Positions 1-11,300 of a stretch of DNA of 64,000 nucleotides are shown piece after piece (the stretch's first letter is position 1; each line of letters begins with the position of its first letter). The position numbers were made by a program, and so were the translations under genes. Origin of the DNA: Centroscyllium fabricii. Lineage: Eukaryota. The notes under the pieces were generated by a model. That model was not told the origin of the DNA. It did not search any database and saw nothing but the letters and a program-made list of their open reading frames with translations. The stretch covers positions 2,666,001-2,730,000 of the forward strand of contig JBNRSN020000089.1 in assembly GCA_051313645.2 (NCBI GenBank), given 5' to 3'.

Positions 1-3000
1 AATGTCCATATGTGCACAATACATAAGACATTTTCAATCTGTGTACAATACATCAGACATTATCCATCTGTGTACAATACATCAGACAATATCCATCTGT
101 GAATAATACATCAGAAAATGTCCATCTGTGTACAATACATCAGACATTATCCATCTGTGAACAATACATCAGACAATAACCATCTGTGAAAAATATATCA
201 GACATTATTCATCTGTGTACAATACATCAGAAAATGTCCATCTGTGTACAATACATCAGACAATATCCATCTGTGTACAACACATCAGACATTATCCATC
301 TGTGAACAATACATCAGATATTATCCATCTATGTACAACACATCAGACAATATCCATCTGTGTACAAAACATCAGACAATGTCCATCTGTGTACAATCCA
401 ACAGACAGTATCCAGCTGTGTACAATATATCAGAGAATGTCCATCTTTGTACAGTACATCAGACAATATTTATCTGTGAACAATATATCAGAAAATATCC
501 ATCTGTGTACAATATATCAGACAATATCCATCTGTGAACAATATATCAGACAATGTCCATCTGTGTTGAATACATCTGACAATGTCCACCTGTGTACAAT
601 ACATCAGAAAATATGCATCTGTGTACAAAACATCAGACAATGTCCATCTGTGAATAATATATCAGACAATTTCCATCTTTGAGCAATACATCAGACAATA
701 TCCATCTGTGTACAATATATCAGACAATGTCCATCTGTGCACAATACATCAGTCAATGTCCATCTGTGAACAATACAACAGACAATGACCATCTGTGTAT
801 AAAACATCAGATATTGTCCATCTGTGTACAATATATCAGACATTATCCATCTGTGTACAATACATCAGAAAATGTCCATCTGTGTACAATGCATCAGACA
901 ATGTCCATCTGTGAACAATACATCAGAGAATATCCATCTGTGTACAAAACATCAGACATTGTCCATCTGTGTACAATACATCAGAAAATGTCCATCTGTG
1001 AACAATACATCAGACAATGTCCATCTGGGAACAATACATCAGACAATGTCCATCTGTGTACAATACATCAGACAATGTCCATCTGTGTACAGTACAACAG
1101 ACAATGTCCATCTGTGTACAGTACATCAGACAATATCCTTCTTTGAACAGTACATCAGACAATGTCCATCTGTGTACAATACATCAGACACTGTCCATCT
1201 GTGTACAATACATCAGAAAATTTCCATCTGTGAACAATACATAAGAAAATATCCATCTGTGTACAGTACATCAGACAATGTCCATCAGTGTACAATATAT
1301 CAGAAAATGTCCATCTGTGAGCAATACATAAGACATTATCCATCTGTATACAATACATCAGACATTATCCATCTGTGTACAATACATCAGAAAATGTCCA
1401 TCTGTGAACAATAATTAAGACATTATCCATCAGTGTACAATACATCAGATATTATCCACCTGTGATCAATACATCAGACTTAACCATCTGTGTACAATAC
1501 ATCAGACAAATGTCCATCTGTGTACAATACATCAGACAATATCCATCTGCGTAAAATACATCAGACAATGTCCATCTGTGTACAATGCATCAGACAATAT
1601 CCATCTGTGAACAATACATCAGAAAATGTCCGTCTGTGCACAATACATAAGACATTATCAATCTGTGTAGAATACATCAGATATTATGCATCTGTGTACA
1701 ATACATCAGACAATATACATCTGTGAACAATACATCAGAAAATGTCCATCTGTGAACAATACATAATACATTATCCATCTGTATACAATACATCAGACAT
1801 TATCCATCTGTGTACAATACATCAGAAAATGTCCATCTGTGAACAATATATAAGACATTATCCATCAGTGTACAATACATCAGATATTATCCACCTGTGA
1901 ACAATACATCAGACAATATCCATCTGTGTACAATACATCAGACAAATGTCCGTCTGTGTACAATACATCAGACAATATCCATCTGCGTAAAATACATCAG
2001 ACAATGTCCATCTGTGTACAATACATCAGACAATATCCATCTGTGAACAATACATCAGAAACTGGCCGTCTGTGCACAAAACATAAGACATTAGCAATCT
2101 GTGTACAGTACATCAGATATTATGCATCTGTGTACAATACATCAGACAATATACATCTGTGTACAATACATCAGACAATGTCCATCTGTGTACAGTACAT
2201 CAGACAATGTCCATCTGTGTACAGTGCATCAGACAATATCCTTCTTTGAACAGTACATCAGACAATGACCATCTCTGTACAATACATCAGACACTGTCCA
2301 TCTGTGTACAATACATCAGAAAATATCCATCTGTGAACAATACATACGAAAATATCCATCTGTGTACAGTACATCAGACAATGTCCATCTGTGTACAATA
2401 CATTAGAAAATGTCCATCTGTGAACAATGCATAAGACATTATCCATCTGTATACAATACATCAGACATTATCCATCTGTGTACAATACATCAGAAAATAA
2501 ACATCTGTGAACAATACATAAGACATTATCCATCAGTGTACAATACATCAGGCATTATCCACCTGTAAACAATACATCAGACAATATCCATCTGTGTACA
2601 ATACATCAGTCAAATTTCCATCTGTGTACAATACATCAGACAATATCCATCTGCGTAAAATACATCAGACAATGTCCATCTGTGTACAATACATCAGACA
2701 TTATCCATCTGTGTACAATACATCAGACATGGTCCATCTGTTTATAATACATCAGACATTATCCATCTGTGAACAATACATCAGACATGGTCCATCTGTG
2801 AACAATACATCAGACATTATCCATCTGTGTACATCACATCAGACAATATCCATCTGTGTACAATACATCAGACAATGCCCATCTGTGTACAATCCATCAG
2901 ACAATATCCATCTGTGTACAATACATCAGAGAATGTCCATCTGTGTACAGTACATCAGACATTATCTCTCTGTGAACAATACATCAGACAATGTCCATCT

Positions 3001-3078
3001 TTGTACAATACATCAGACAATATCCATCTGTGTACAACACATCAGACATTATCCATTTGTGAACAATACATCAGACAA
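1..3078. repeat. 29-bp satellite array, left block (about 105 diverged monomers)
   Basis: Head-to-tail copies of TGTACAATACATCAGACAATGTCCATCTG with point variants. Local duplications at offsets of about 436 (ORFs 1490/1926) and about 1103 (ORFs 1155/2258). Confidence 0.99.
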
Positions 3079-3226
3079 AAAAAAAATGATGAAACAGACT
3101 AAGTTAGAAATACAGAAAGCACTGGAGGAAGATGCCACAGTCTATGAATATGACGGTGTTTATGATGAACTTCAACAGAAGAAGATGGAAAGCAATGCAA
3201 AGTTACTGTCTGGTACAAATAAACAG
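3077..3226 (+). pseudogene. NSRP1: Fragment of nuclear speckle splicing regulatory protein 1 (NSRP1/CCDC55): end of one exon joined to the complete next exon
   Basis: Translates KKKMMKQ-TKLEIQKALEEDATVYEYDGVYDELQQKKMESNAKLLSGTNKQ, matching recalled human NSRP1 KKQAMKQTKLEIQKALAEDATVYEYDSIYDEMQKKKEENNPKLLLGKDRK. 3098-3226 is 129 nt and ends CAG|GTAGAT (donor GT at 3227). No other NSRP1 exon is visible in the window. Confidence 0.9.
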
Positions 3227-3360
3227 GTAGATGTACTAATTGAGAAATTATTTAAATTTTGTACAGCTGAGATTCGCAGAAACAAAAATCTCCCACCACT
3301 GCCCTTTGTTGGGACTTTCCACACCAAGGGCCATCTCTGGCCAAGAGAGCATTCATCTAA

Positions 3361-4301
3361 TATAAGAACATAAGAAATAGGAGCAGGACTAGGCCAATCG
3401 GCCCCTCGAGCCCGCTCCGCCATTCAACGAGATCATGGCTGATCTGATCCTAACCTCAATTTTACTTTTACTCTCCATCCCGCCCAAACCCATGTGATCA
3501 CCCGGGAGAGATGAAAAACCAGATTTTAAAAACCCAGTGGCCAATTTGGGAGAAAAAATCTGGGAAATTCCTCTCCGACCCATTTAGGCGATCGAAAACT
3601 GGTCCAGGAGATCACATGGCCGATCTGAACCTAGCCTCACGTCCACTTACCTGCCCGCTCACCATAACACCCAATTCCCTTTACTTCCAGGAAACTGTCT
3701 ATCTTTGTTTTAAATTTATTCAATGTAGTAGCTTCCACAGCTCTCTGGGGCAGCAAATTCCACAGCCCCACCACCCTCTGAGTGAAGAAGTTTCTCCTCA
3801 TCTCAGTTTTGAAATGGCAGCCCCTTATTTTAAGATCATGCCCCCTAGTCCTCACCGCATCCACCCGATCAAGCCCTCTCACAATCTTATATGTTTCAAT
3901 AAGATCGCCTCTCATTCTTCTGAACTCCAATGAGTAGAGGCCCAATCTACTCAACCTCTCGTCATATGTCAGCCCCCTCATCCCCGGAATTAACCTAGTG
4001 AACCTTCTTTGCACTGCCTCGAGAGCAAGTATGTCCTTTCTTAAATGTGGACACCAGAACTGCGCGCAGTACTCCAGGTGTGGTCTCAACAATACCCTGT
4101 ACAACTGCAGCAAGACCTCCCTGCTTTTATACTCCATCCCCTTAGCAATAAAAGCCAACATTCTGTTGGTCTTCATGACCACCTGCTGCACCTGCATACT
4201 AACTTTTTGTGTTTCCTGCACCAGGACCCCCAGATCCCTTTGCACTGAAGTACTTTCCAGTTTTTTTCCATTTAGATAATAACTCGCTCTATTATTTTCC
4301 T
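3361..4301 (-). mobile_element. 5'-truncated CR1/HER1-type LINE (ORF2 C-terminus, 3' UTR and tail)
   Basis: ORF 4245-3637 reads QRDLGVLV...LYRVLLRPHLEYCAQFWCP...LEAVQRRFTRLIPG...RRMRGDLIETYKI...RTRGH...RRNFFTQRVVGLWN, typical CR1 ORF2 C-terminus. Octamer tail seen as ATAAGAACATAAGAA on +. Short in-frame deletion near 3850 (the FPLVGES-like segment is missing). Confidence 0.95.
3490..3619 (-). other. Predicted multi-stem RNA module in the CR1 3' UTR
   Basis: Nested complementary arms read by eye: 3490-3505/3604-3619 (14 Watson-Crick pairs plus one G-U on the minus strand), 3506-3510/3571-3575, 3519-3527/3555-3563 (9/9) and 3533-3536/3547-3550. Confidence 0.55.
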
Positions 4302-4412
4302 AATCCTCTGCCAGCACTGGTCTGAAACCACCCATCAGACGGTGCATAAGATTAAATTGCGATGTTGCACTCTCTCATTTTACCCCTCTGGCCTGGCCAA
4401 GGTTTGGTACTT

Positions 4413-4569
4413 AAGCAAAATACTGTTGCTGCTGAAAATATGAAATAAAACCAGAAAATGCTGGAAGTACTCAGCAGGTCAGGCAGCATCTGTGGAGAGA
4501 ACAACGTTTAACATTTCAGATCGATGACCGTTCATCAGGAAAGGTCATCGAACTGAAACGTTATCTCTG
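4413..4569. mobile_element. Penelope-like (pLTR-derived) inverted repeat: left arm and start of right arm
   Basis: AAATAAAACCAGAAAATGCTGGAAGTACTCAGCAGGTCAGGCAGCATCTGTGGAGAGA is nearly the reverse complement of 5481-5539. The centre has GATCGATGACCGTTC facing GAAAGGTCATCGAAC, plus hammerhead-type motifs. Confidence 0.7.
4509..4538 (-). ncRNA. Degenerate minimal hammerhead ribozyme core
   Basis: Minus strand reads CUGAUGA-ac-GGUC-auc-GAUC-u-GAAA-ug-UUA: core boxes, stem II and a UH site. Stem III is mutated (GAAAUG instead of GAAACG) and no good stem I is present. Confidence 0.55.
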
Positions 4570-5478
4570 CAGATGACACGATAATTGGTGGGGTGGTAAA
4601 TAGCGAGGAGGGAAGCCTCAGTCTGCAGGACGATATAGATGGGTTGGTCAGATGGGCGGAACAGTGGCAAATGGAATTTAACCCTGAAAAGTGTGAGGTG
4701 ATGCTTCTTGGGAGGACTAACAAGGCAAGGCAATGAATGGTAAGACCCTAGGAAGGATAGAGGATCAGAGGGACCTTGATGTGCATGTACATAGATCCCT
4801 GAAGGCAGCAGGACAGGTAGATAAGGTGGTTAAAAAGGCATATGGGATACTTGCCTTCATTAGCTGAGGCATAGAATATAAGAGCAGGGAGGTTATGATG
4901 GAGCTGTACAAAACTCTAGTAAGGCCACAGCTGGAGTACTGTGTGCAGTTCTGGTGGCCACACTATAGGAAGGATGTGATTGCTTTGGAGAGGGTGCAGA
5001 GGAGATTCACCAGAATGTTACCTGGGCTGGAGCGCTTCAGCTATGAAGAAAGGCTGGACAGGCTGGGGTTCTTTTCCTTGGAGCAGTGAAGGCTGAGGGG
5101 GGAACTGATTGAGGTGTACAAAATTATGAGGGGCATAGATAGGGTAGATAGAAAGGAACTTTTCCCTTAGTAGAGGGGTCAATAACCAGGGGGCATAGTT
5201 TCAAGGTAAGGGGCAGGAGGTTTAGAGGGGATTTGAGGAAGAACTTTTTCACCCAGAGGGTGGTTGGAATCTGGAACTCACTGCCTGAAAGGGTGGTGGA
5301 GGCAGGAACCCTCACAACATTCAAGAAGCATTTAGATGAGCACTTGAAATGCCATAGCATACAAGGCTACGGACCAAATGCTGGAAAATGGGATTAGAAT
5401 AGACAGGGCTTGATGGCCAGCGTGGACGCGATGGGCCGAAGGGCCTCTTTCTGTGCTGTTTAACTCTGTGACTCTATG
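4568..5478 (+). mobile_element. 5'-truncated, inactivated CR1/HER1-type LINE inserted in the Penelope-derived repeat
   Basis: Starts at the RT motif (F)ADDT.IGG, then WAEQWQMEFNPEKC and LYKTLVRPQLEYCVQFWWP...LERVQRRFTRMLPG, with premature TGA codons. 3' end has GATGGGCCGAAGGGCCT and tail ACTCTGTGACTCTATG. Confidence 0.95.
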
Positions 5479-5539
5479 TTTCTCTCTCCACAGAAGCTGC
5501 CTGACCGGCTGAGTATTCCCAGCATTTTCTGTTTTATTT
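5478..5539. mobile_element. Remainder of the right arm of the Penelope-derived inverted repeat
   Basis: GTTTCTCTCTCCACAGAAGCTGCCTGACCGGCTGAGTATTCCCAGCATTTTCTGTTTTATTT is an inverted copy of 4443-4500. Confidence 0.75.
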
Positions 5540-6023
5540 AATGTTCTTACAATCCCTTGGGAAGTAAGCTTGAGGATTGAATGTCTAAACCCATGTCCTA
5601 TTGTGCCACTAAACTATCATGCTGTCAGCCAGACAATTATTTTTTTAGCTAATTAATTGCTAATCCAAAGCATTTTGCAAATGCTTTTAATGGGTAATAA
5701 ATAGACTGAAAGGCCACTCAAGCTTTGGCAATAAAGCTATCCCTTAAGGATGGAGCATGTTAGAAATAAAGAATAGTGGCCCAGGTTGAATAGTAATTAA
5801 AACTTCTATTGCTCAGTAATTATTTTTATCTGGAATGTTCATAATGGATAGAAAGTGACGATGTATATTGTTTTTATGAGGTATGAAGTTTTAATTGCTC
5901 TTTATGTGTTCCTTTCATATCTATTCACAGCAGTTTAATTTTTTAAATACTTGAAATTGGTATTGAAATTGAAGTCAACAAATCTTGTCCTTTTTGTATT
6001 TTTACTCAATTAAAATAAATGTT

Positions 6024-6225
6024 ATCATAGAATCCCTACAGTGCAGATAGAGGCCATTTCGGCCTATCGAGCCTGCATCGACACATATCCCACCCTATCC
6101 CCGTAACCCCACACATTCAATCCCCCTAACACTGAGGGTCAATTTATCCTGGCCAATCAACCTAACCCGCACATCTTTGGACTGTGTGAGGAAACCGGAG
6201 CATCCGGAGGAAACCCACGCAGACA
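6024..6225 (-). mobile_element. HE1-type V-SINE, 3' portion, cut at the satellite junction
   Basis: Reverse complement matches the 3' two-thirds of the SINE at 30501 (TGTCTGCGTGGGTTTCCTCCGG...CACTGTAGGGATTCTATGAT). The tRNA-derived head is absent. Confidence 0.93.
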
Positions 6226-8329
6226 ATGTCCATCTGTGTACAATACATCAGACAATGTCCATCTGCGAACAAAACATCAGACAATATCCATCTCTGAACA
6301 ATGCATCAGAGAATATCCATCTGTGTACAATACATCAGACAATATCCATCTGTGTACAATAGGTCAGACATTATCCATCTGTATACAATTCATCAGACAT
6401 TATCCATCTGTGTACAATACATCTGACTGTATCCGTCTGGGAACAATACATCAGACAATGTCCATCTGTGTACAATAAATCAGACAATGTCCGTCTGTGA
6501 ACAATACATAAGACAATGACCATCTTGTGTTCAATACATCAGACAATGTCCATCTGTGTACAATACATCAGACAACGTCCATCTGTGAACAATACATCAG
6601 ACAATATCCATCTGTGAACAATACATCAGACAATGTCCATCAGTGTACAGTACATCAGACAATGTCCATCTGTGTACAATGCATCAGACTATGTCCATCT
6701 GTGAACAAAACATCAGACAACATCCATCTCTGAAAAATACATCAGAGAATGTCCATCTGTGTACAATACATCAGACATTATCCATCTGTGTACAAAACAT
6801 CAGAAAATGTCCATCTGTGAACACTACATAAGACATTATCTATCTGTGTACAATACATCAGACATTATCCATCTGTATACAATACATCAGACAAATGTCC
6901 ATTTGTGTACAATACATCAGACAATATCCATCAGTGTACAATACATCAGACAATGTCCATCTGTGTACAATACATCAGACAATATCCATCTGTGAACAAT
7001 ATATCAGACAATGTCCATCTGTGCACAATACATAAGACATTTTCAATCTGTGTACAATACATCAGACATTATCCATCTGTGTAAAATACATCAGACAATA
7101 TCCATCTGTGAATAATACATCAGAAAATGTCCATCTTTGTACAATACATCAGACATTATCCATCTGTGAATATCAAATCAGACAATATCCATCTGTGTAC
7201 AATGCATCAGACAATGTCCATCTGTGAACAATACATCAGACAATATCCAACTGTGTAGAAAACATCAGACATTGTCCATCTGTGTACAATACATCAGACA
7301 TTATCCATCTGTGAATAACAGATCAGACAATATCCATCTGTATACAATGCATCAGACAATGTCCATCTGTGTACAATACATCAGACATTGTCCGTCTGTG
7401 TACAATACATCAGACAATGTCCATCTGTGAACAATACATCAGACAATGTCCATCAGTTTACAATAAATCAGACAATGTCCATCTGTGAACAAAACATCAG
7501 ACAATATCCATCTGTGTACAATACTTCATAGAATGTACATCTGTGAACAATAAATCAGACAATGTCCATCTGTGAACAATATATCAGACAATGTCCATCT
7601 GTGTACAATACATCAGATATTGTCCATCTGTGTACAATACATCAGACATTGTCCATCTGTGTACAATACATCTGACAATATCCATCTGTGTACAATACAT
7701 CAGACAATGTCCATCTGTGAACAACACATCAGACAATGTCCATCTGTGAACAATTCATCTGCGAATGCCCATCTGTGTACAATACATCAGACAATGTCCA
7801 TCTGTGTACAATACATCAGACAATATCCATCTTTGAACAATACATCAGACAATGTCCATCTGTGTACTATCCATCAGAAAATGTCCATCTGTGAACAATC
7901 CATAAGACAAAATCCATCTGTGTAGAGTACATCAGACAATGTCCATCTGTGTACAATACATCAGACAATGTCCATCTGTGTACAATACATCAGACAATGT
8001 CCATCTGTGTACAATACATCAGACAATATCCATTTTTGAACAATACATCAGACAATGTCCATCTGTGTACAATCCATCAGAAAATGTCCATCTGTGAACA
8101 ATCCATAAGACAAAATCCATCTGTGTAGAGTACATCAGACAATGTCCATCTGTGTACAATACATCAGACATTGTCCATCTGTGTACAATACATCAGACAT
8201 TATCCATCTGTATACAATACATCAGATATTATCCATCTGTGTACAATACATCAGACAATGTCAATCTGTGTACAATACATCAGACAACGTCCATCTGTGA
8301 ACAATACATCAGACAATATCCATCTGTGA

Positions 8330-11300
8330 ACAATACAACAGACAATGTCCATCTATGTACAATACATCAGACTATGTCCATCTGTGAACAAAACATCAGA
8401 CAACATCCATCTCTGAAAAATACATCAGTGAATGTCCATCTGTGTACAATACATCAGACATTATCCATCTGTGTACAATACATCAGACAATATCCATCTG
8501 TGAACAATACATCAGACAATGTCCATCTGTGGACAATACATCAGACAATGTCCATCTGTGTACAATACATAAGACAATGTCCATCTTGTGTACAATGCAA
8601 CAGACAATGTCCATCTGTGTACAATACATCAGACAATGTCCATCTTTGAACAATACATCAGACAATATCCATCTGTGAACAATACATTAGACAATATCCA
8701 TCTGTGTACAATACATCAGACAATGTCCATCTGTGTACAATACATCAGACATTGTCCTTCTGTGTACAATACATCAGACAATATCCATCTGCGTGCAATA
8801 TATCAGACAATGTCCATCTGTGAACAATACATCAGATAATGTCCATCTGTGTACAATACATCAGACAATGTCCATCTGTGTACAATACATCAGACAATAT
8901 CCATCTGTGAACAATACATCAGATAATGTCCATCTGTGTAGAATACATCAGAAAATGTCCATCTGTGAACAATCCATAAGACAATATCCATCTGTGTAAA
9001 GTACATCAGACAAAGTCCATCTGTGTACAACACATAAGATAATGTCCATCTGTGAACAAAATATCAGACAATATCCATCTCTGAAAAATACATCAGAGAA
9101 TGTCCATCTGTGTACAATACATCAGACATTATCCATCTGTGTACAATACATCAGAAAATATCCATCTGTGAACAATATTTCAGACAATGTCCACCTGTGG
9201 ACAATACATCAGACAATGTCCATCTGTGTACAATACATAAGACAATGTCCATCTTGTGTACAATATATCAGACAGTGTCCATCTGTGTACAATACATCAG
9301 ACAATGTCCAATTTTGAACAATACATCAGACAATATCCATCTGTGGAAAATACATCAGACAATATCCATCTGCGTACAATACATCAGACAATGTCCATCT
9401 GTACAATATATCAGACAATGTGCATCTGTGTACAATACAGCAGATAATATGCATCTGTGTACAATACATCAGACAATGTCCATCTGTGAACAATACCTCA
9501 GACCATTTCCATGAGTGAACAATAAATCAGACAATATCCATCTGTGTACAATACATCAGCCAATGTCCATCTGAGCACAATACATCAGACAATGTCCAGC
9601 AGTGAACAATACATCAGACAATGTCCATCTGTGTACAATACATCAGACGTTGTCCATCTGTGTACAATATATCAGACATTATCGATCTGTGTACAATACA
9701 ACAGAAAATGTCCATCTGTGTACAATGCATCAGACAATGTCCATCTGTGAACAATACATCAGACAATGTCCATCTGTGTACAATACATCAGACAATGTCC
9801 ATCTATGAACAATACATCAGACAATATCCATCTGTGGACAATACATCAGACAATATCCATCTGTGTACAATACATCAGACAATGTCCATCTGTACAATAC
9901 ATCAGACAATGTCCATCTGTGTACAATACATCAGACATTATCCATCTGTGTACAATACATCAGACAATGTCCATCTGTGAACAATAAATCAGACAATATC
10001 CATCTGTGAGCAACACATCATTCAATGTCCATCTATGTACAATACATCAGACAATGTCCATCAGTGTACAGTACATCAGACAATGTCCATCTGTGAACAA
10101 TACATCAGACAATGTCCACCTGTGGACAATACATCAGACAATGTCCATCTGTGTACAATACATAAGACAATGTCCATCTTGTGTACAATACATCAGACAG
10201 TGTCCATCTGTGTACAATACATCAGACAATGTCCAATTTTGAACAATACATCAGACAATATCCATCTGTGGACAATACATCAGACAATATCCATCTGTGT
10301 ACAATACATCAGACAATGTCCATCTGTACAATACATCAGACAATGTCCATCTGTGTACAATACATCAGACATTATCCATCTGTGTATAATACATCAGACA
10401 ATGTCCATCTGTGAACAATAAATCAGACAATATCCATCTGTGAACAACACATCAGACAATTTCCATCTGTGTACAATACATCAGACAACATCCATCTGTG
10501 TACAATACATCAGACAATGTCCATCTGTGAACAATACATCAGATAATGTCCATCTGTGTACAATACATCAGACAATATCCATCTGTGTACAGTACATCAG
10601 ACAATGTCACCTGTGTACAGTACATCAGATATTATCCATCTGTGTACAATACATCAGACATTGTCCTTCTGTGTACAATACATCAGAAAATGTCCATCTG
10701 TACAATACATCAGACAATGTCCATCTGTGTACAATACATCAGACATTATCCATCTGTGTACAATACCTCAGACAATGTCCATCTGTGAACAATAAATCAG
10801 ACAATATCCATCTGTGAACAACACATCAGACAATGTCCATCTGTGTACAATACATCAGACAATATCCATCTGTGTACAATACGTCAGACAATATCCATCT
10901 GTGTACAGTATATCAGACAATGTCCATCTGTGTACAATACATCAGACAACATCCATCTGTGTACAATACATCAGACAATGTCCATCTGTGAATAATACAT
11001 CAGATAATGTCCACCTGTGTACAATACATCAGACAATGTCCATCTGTGTACAGTACATCAGACAATGTCACCTGTGTACAATACATCAGATATTATCCAT
11101 CTGTGAACAATTCATCAGACAACATCCATCTGTGTACAAAACATCTGACATTGTCCATCTGTGTACAATTAATCAGACCATTTCCATCTGTGAACAATAA
11201 ATCAGACAATATCCATCTGTGTACAATACATCAGCCAATGTACATCTGTGCACAATATATCAGACAATGTCCAACTGTGAACAATACATCAGACAATGTC

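Larger units (their letters stand above)
3227..6225 (+). other. Retained intron-like sequence following the NSRP1 exon, truncated at the satellite junction
   Basis: Starts with a GT donor. Contains non-repetitive stretches (3227-3360, about 4300-4410, AT-rich 5540-6020) between old retroelement fragments. No downstream exon (PKYI...) is reached. Confidence 0.75.

Noticed and set aside
3077-3086. A10 run as a retrocopy poly(A) tail
   Set aside because: It lies at the 5' end of the sense insert and reads as Lys-Lys-Lys plus the A of ATG, in frame with NSRP1.
3098-3226. Functional NSRP1 exon using the AG at 3096-3097 as acceptor
   Set aside because: The upstream bases are purine-rich, encode the preceding NSRP1 residues and lack a polypyrimidine tract, and no next exon appears in the following 60 kb. 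Disfavoured but not formally excluded.
3172-5360. Short ORFs 3172-3423, 3389-3583, 3511-3933, 3998-4279, 4045-4248, 4535-4733 and 5124-5360
   Set aside because: Antisense or off-frame readings of CR1 fragments, their UTR and adjacent intron sequence.
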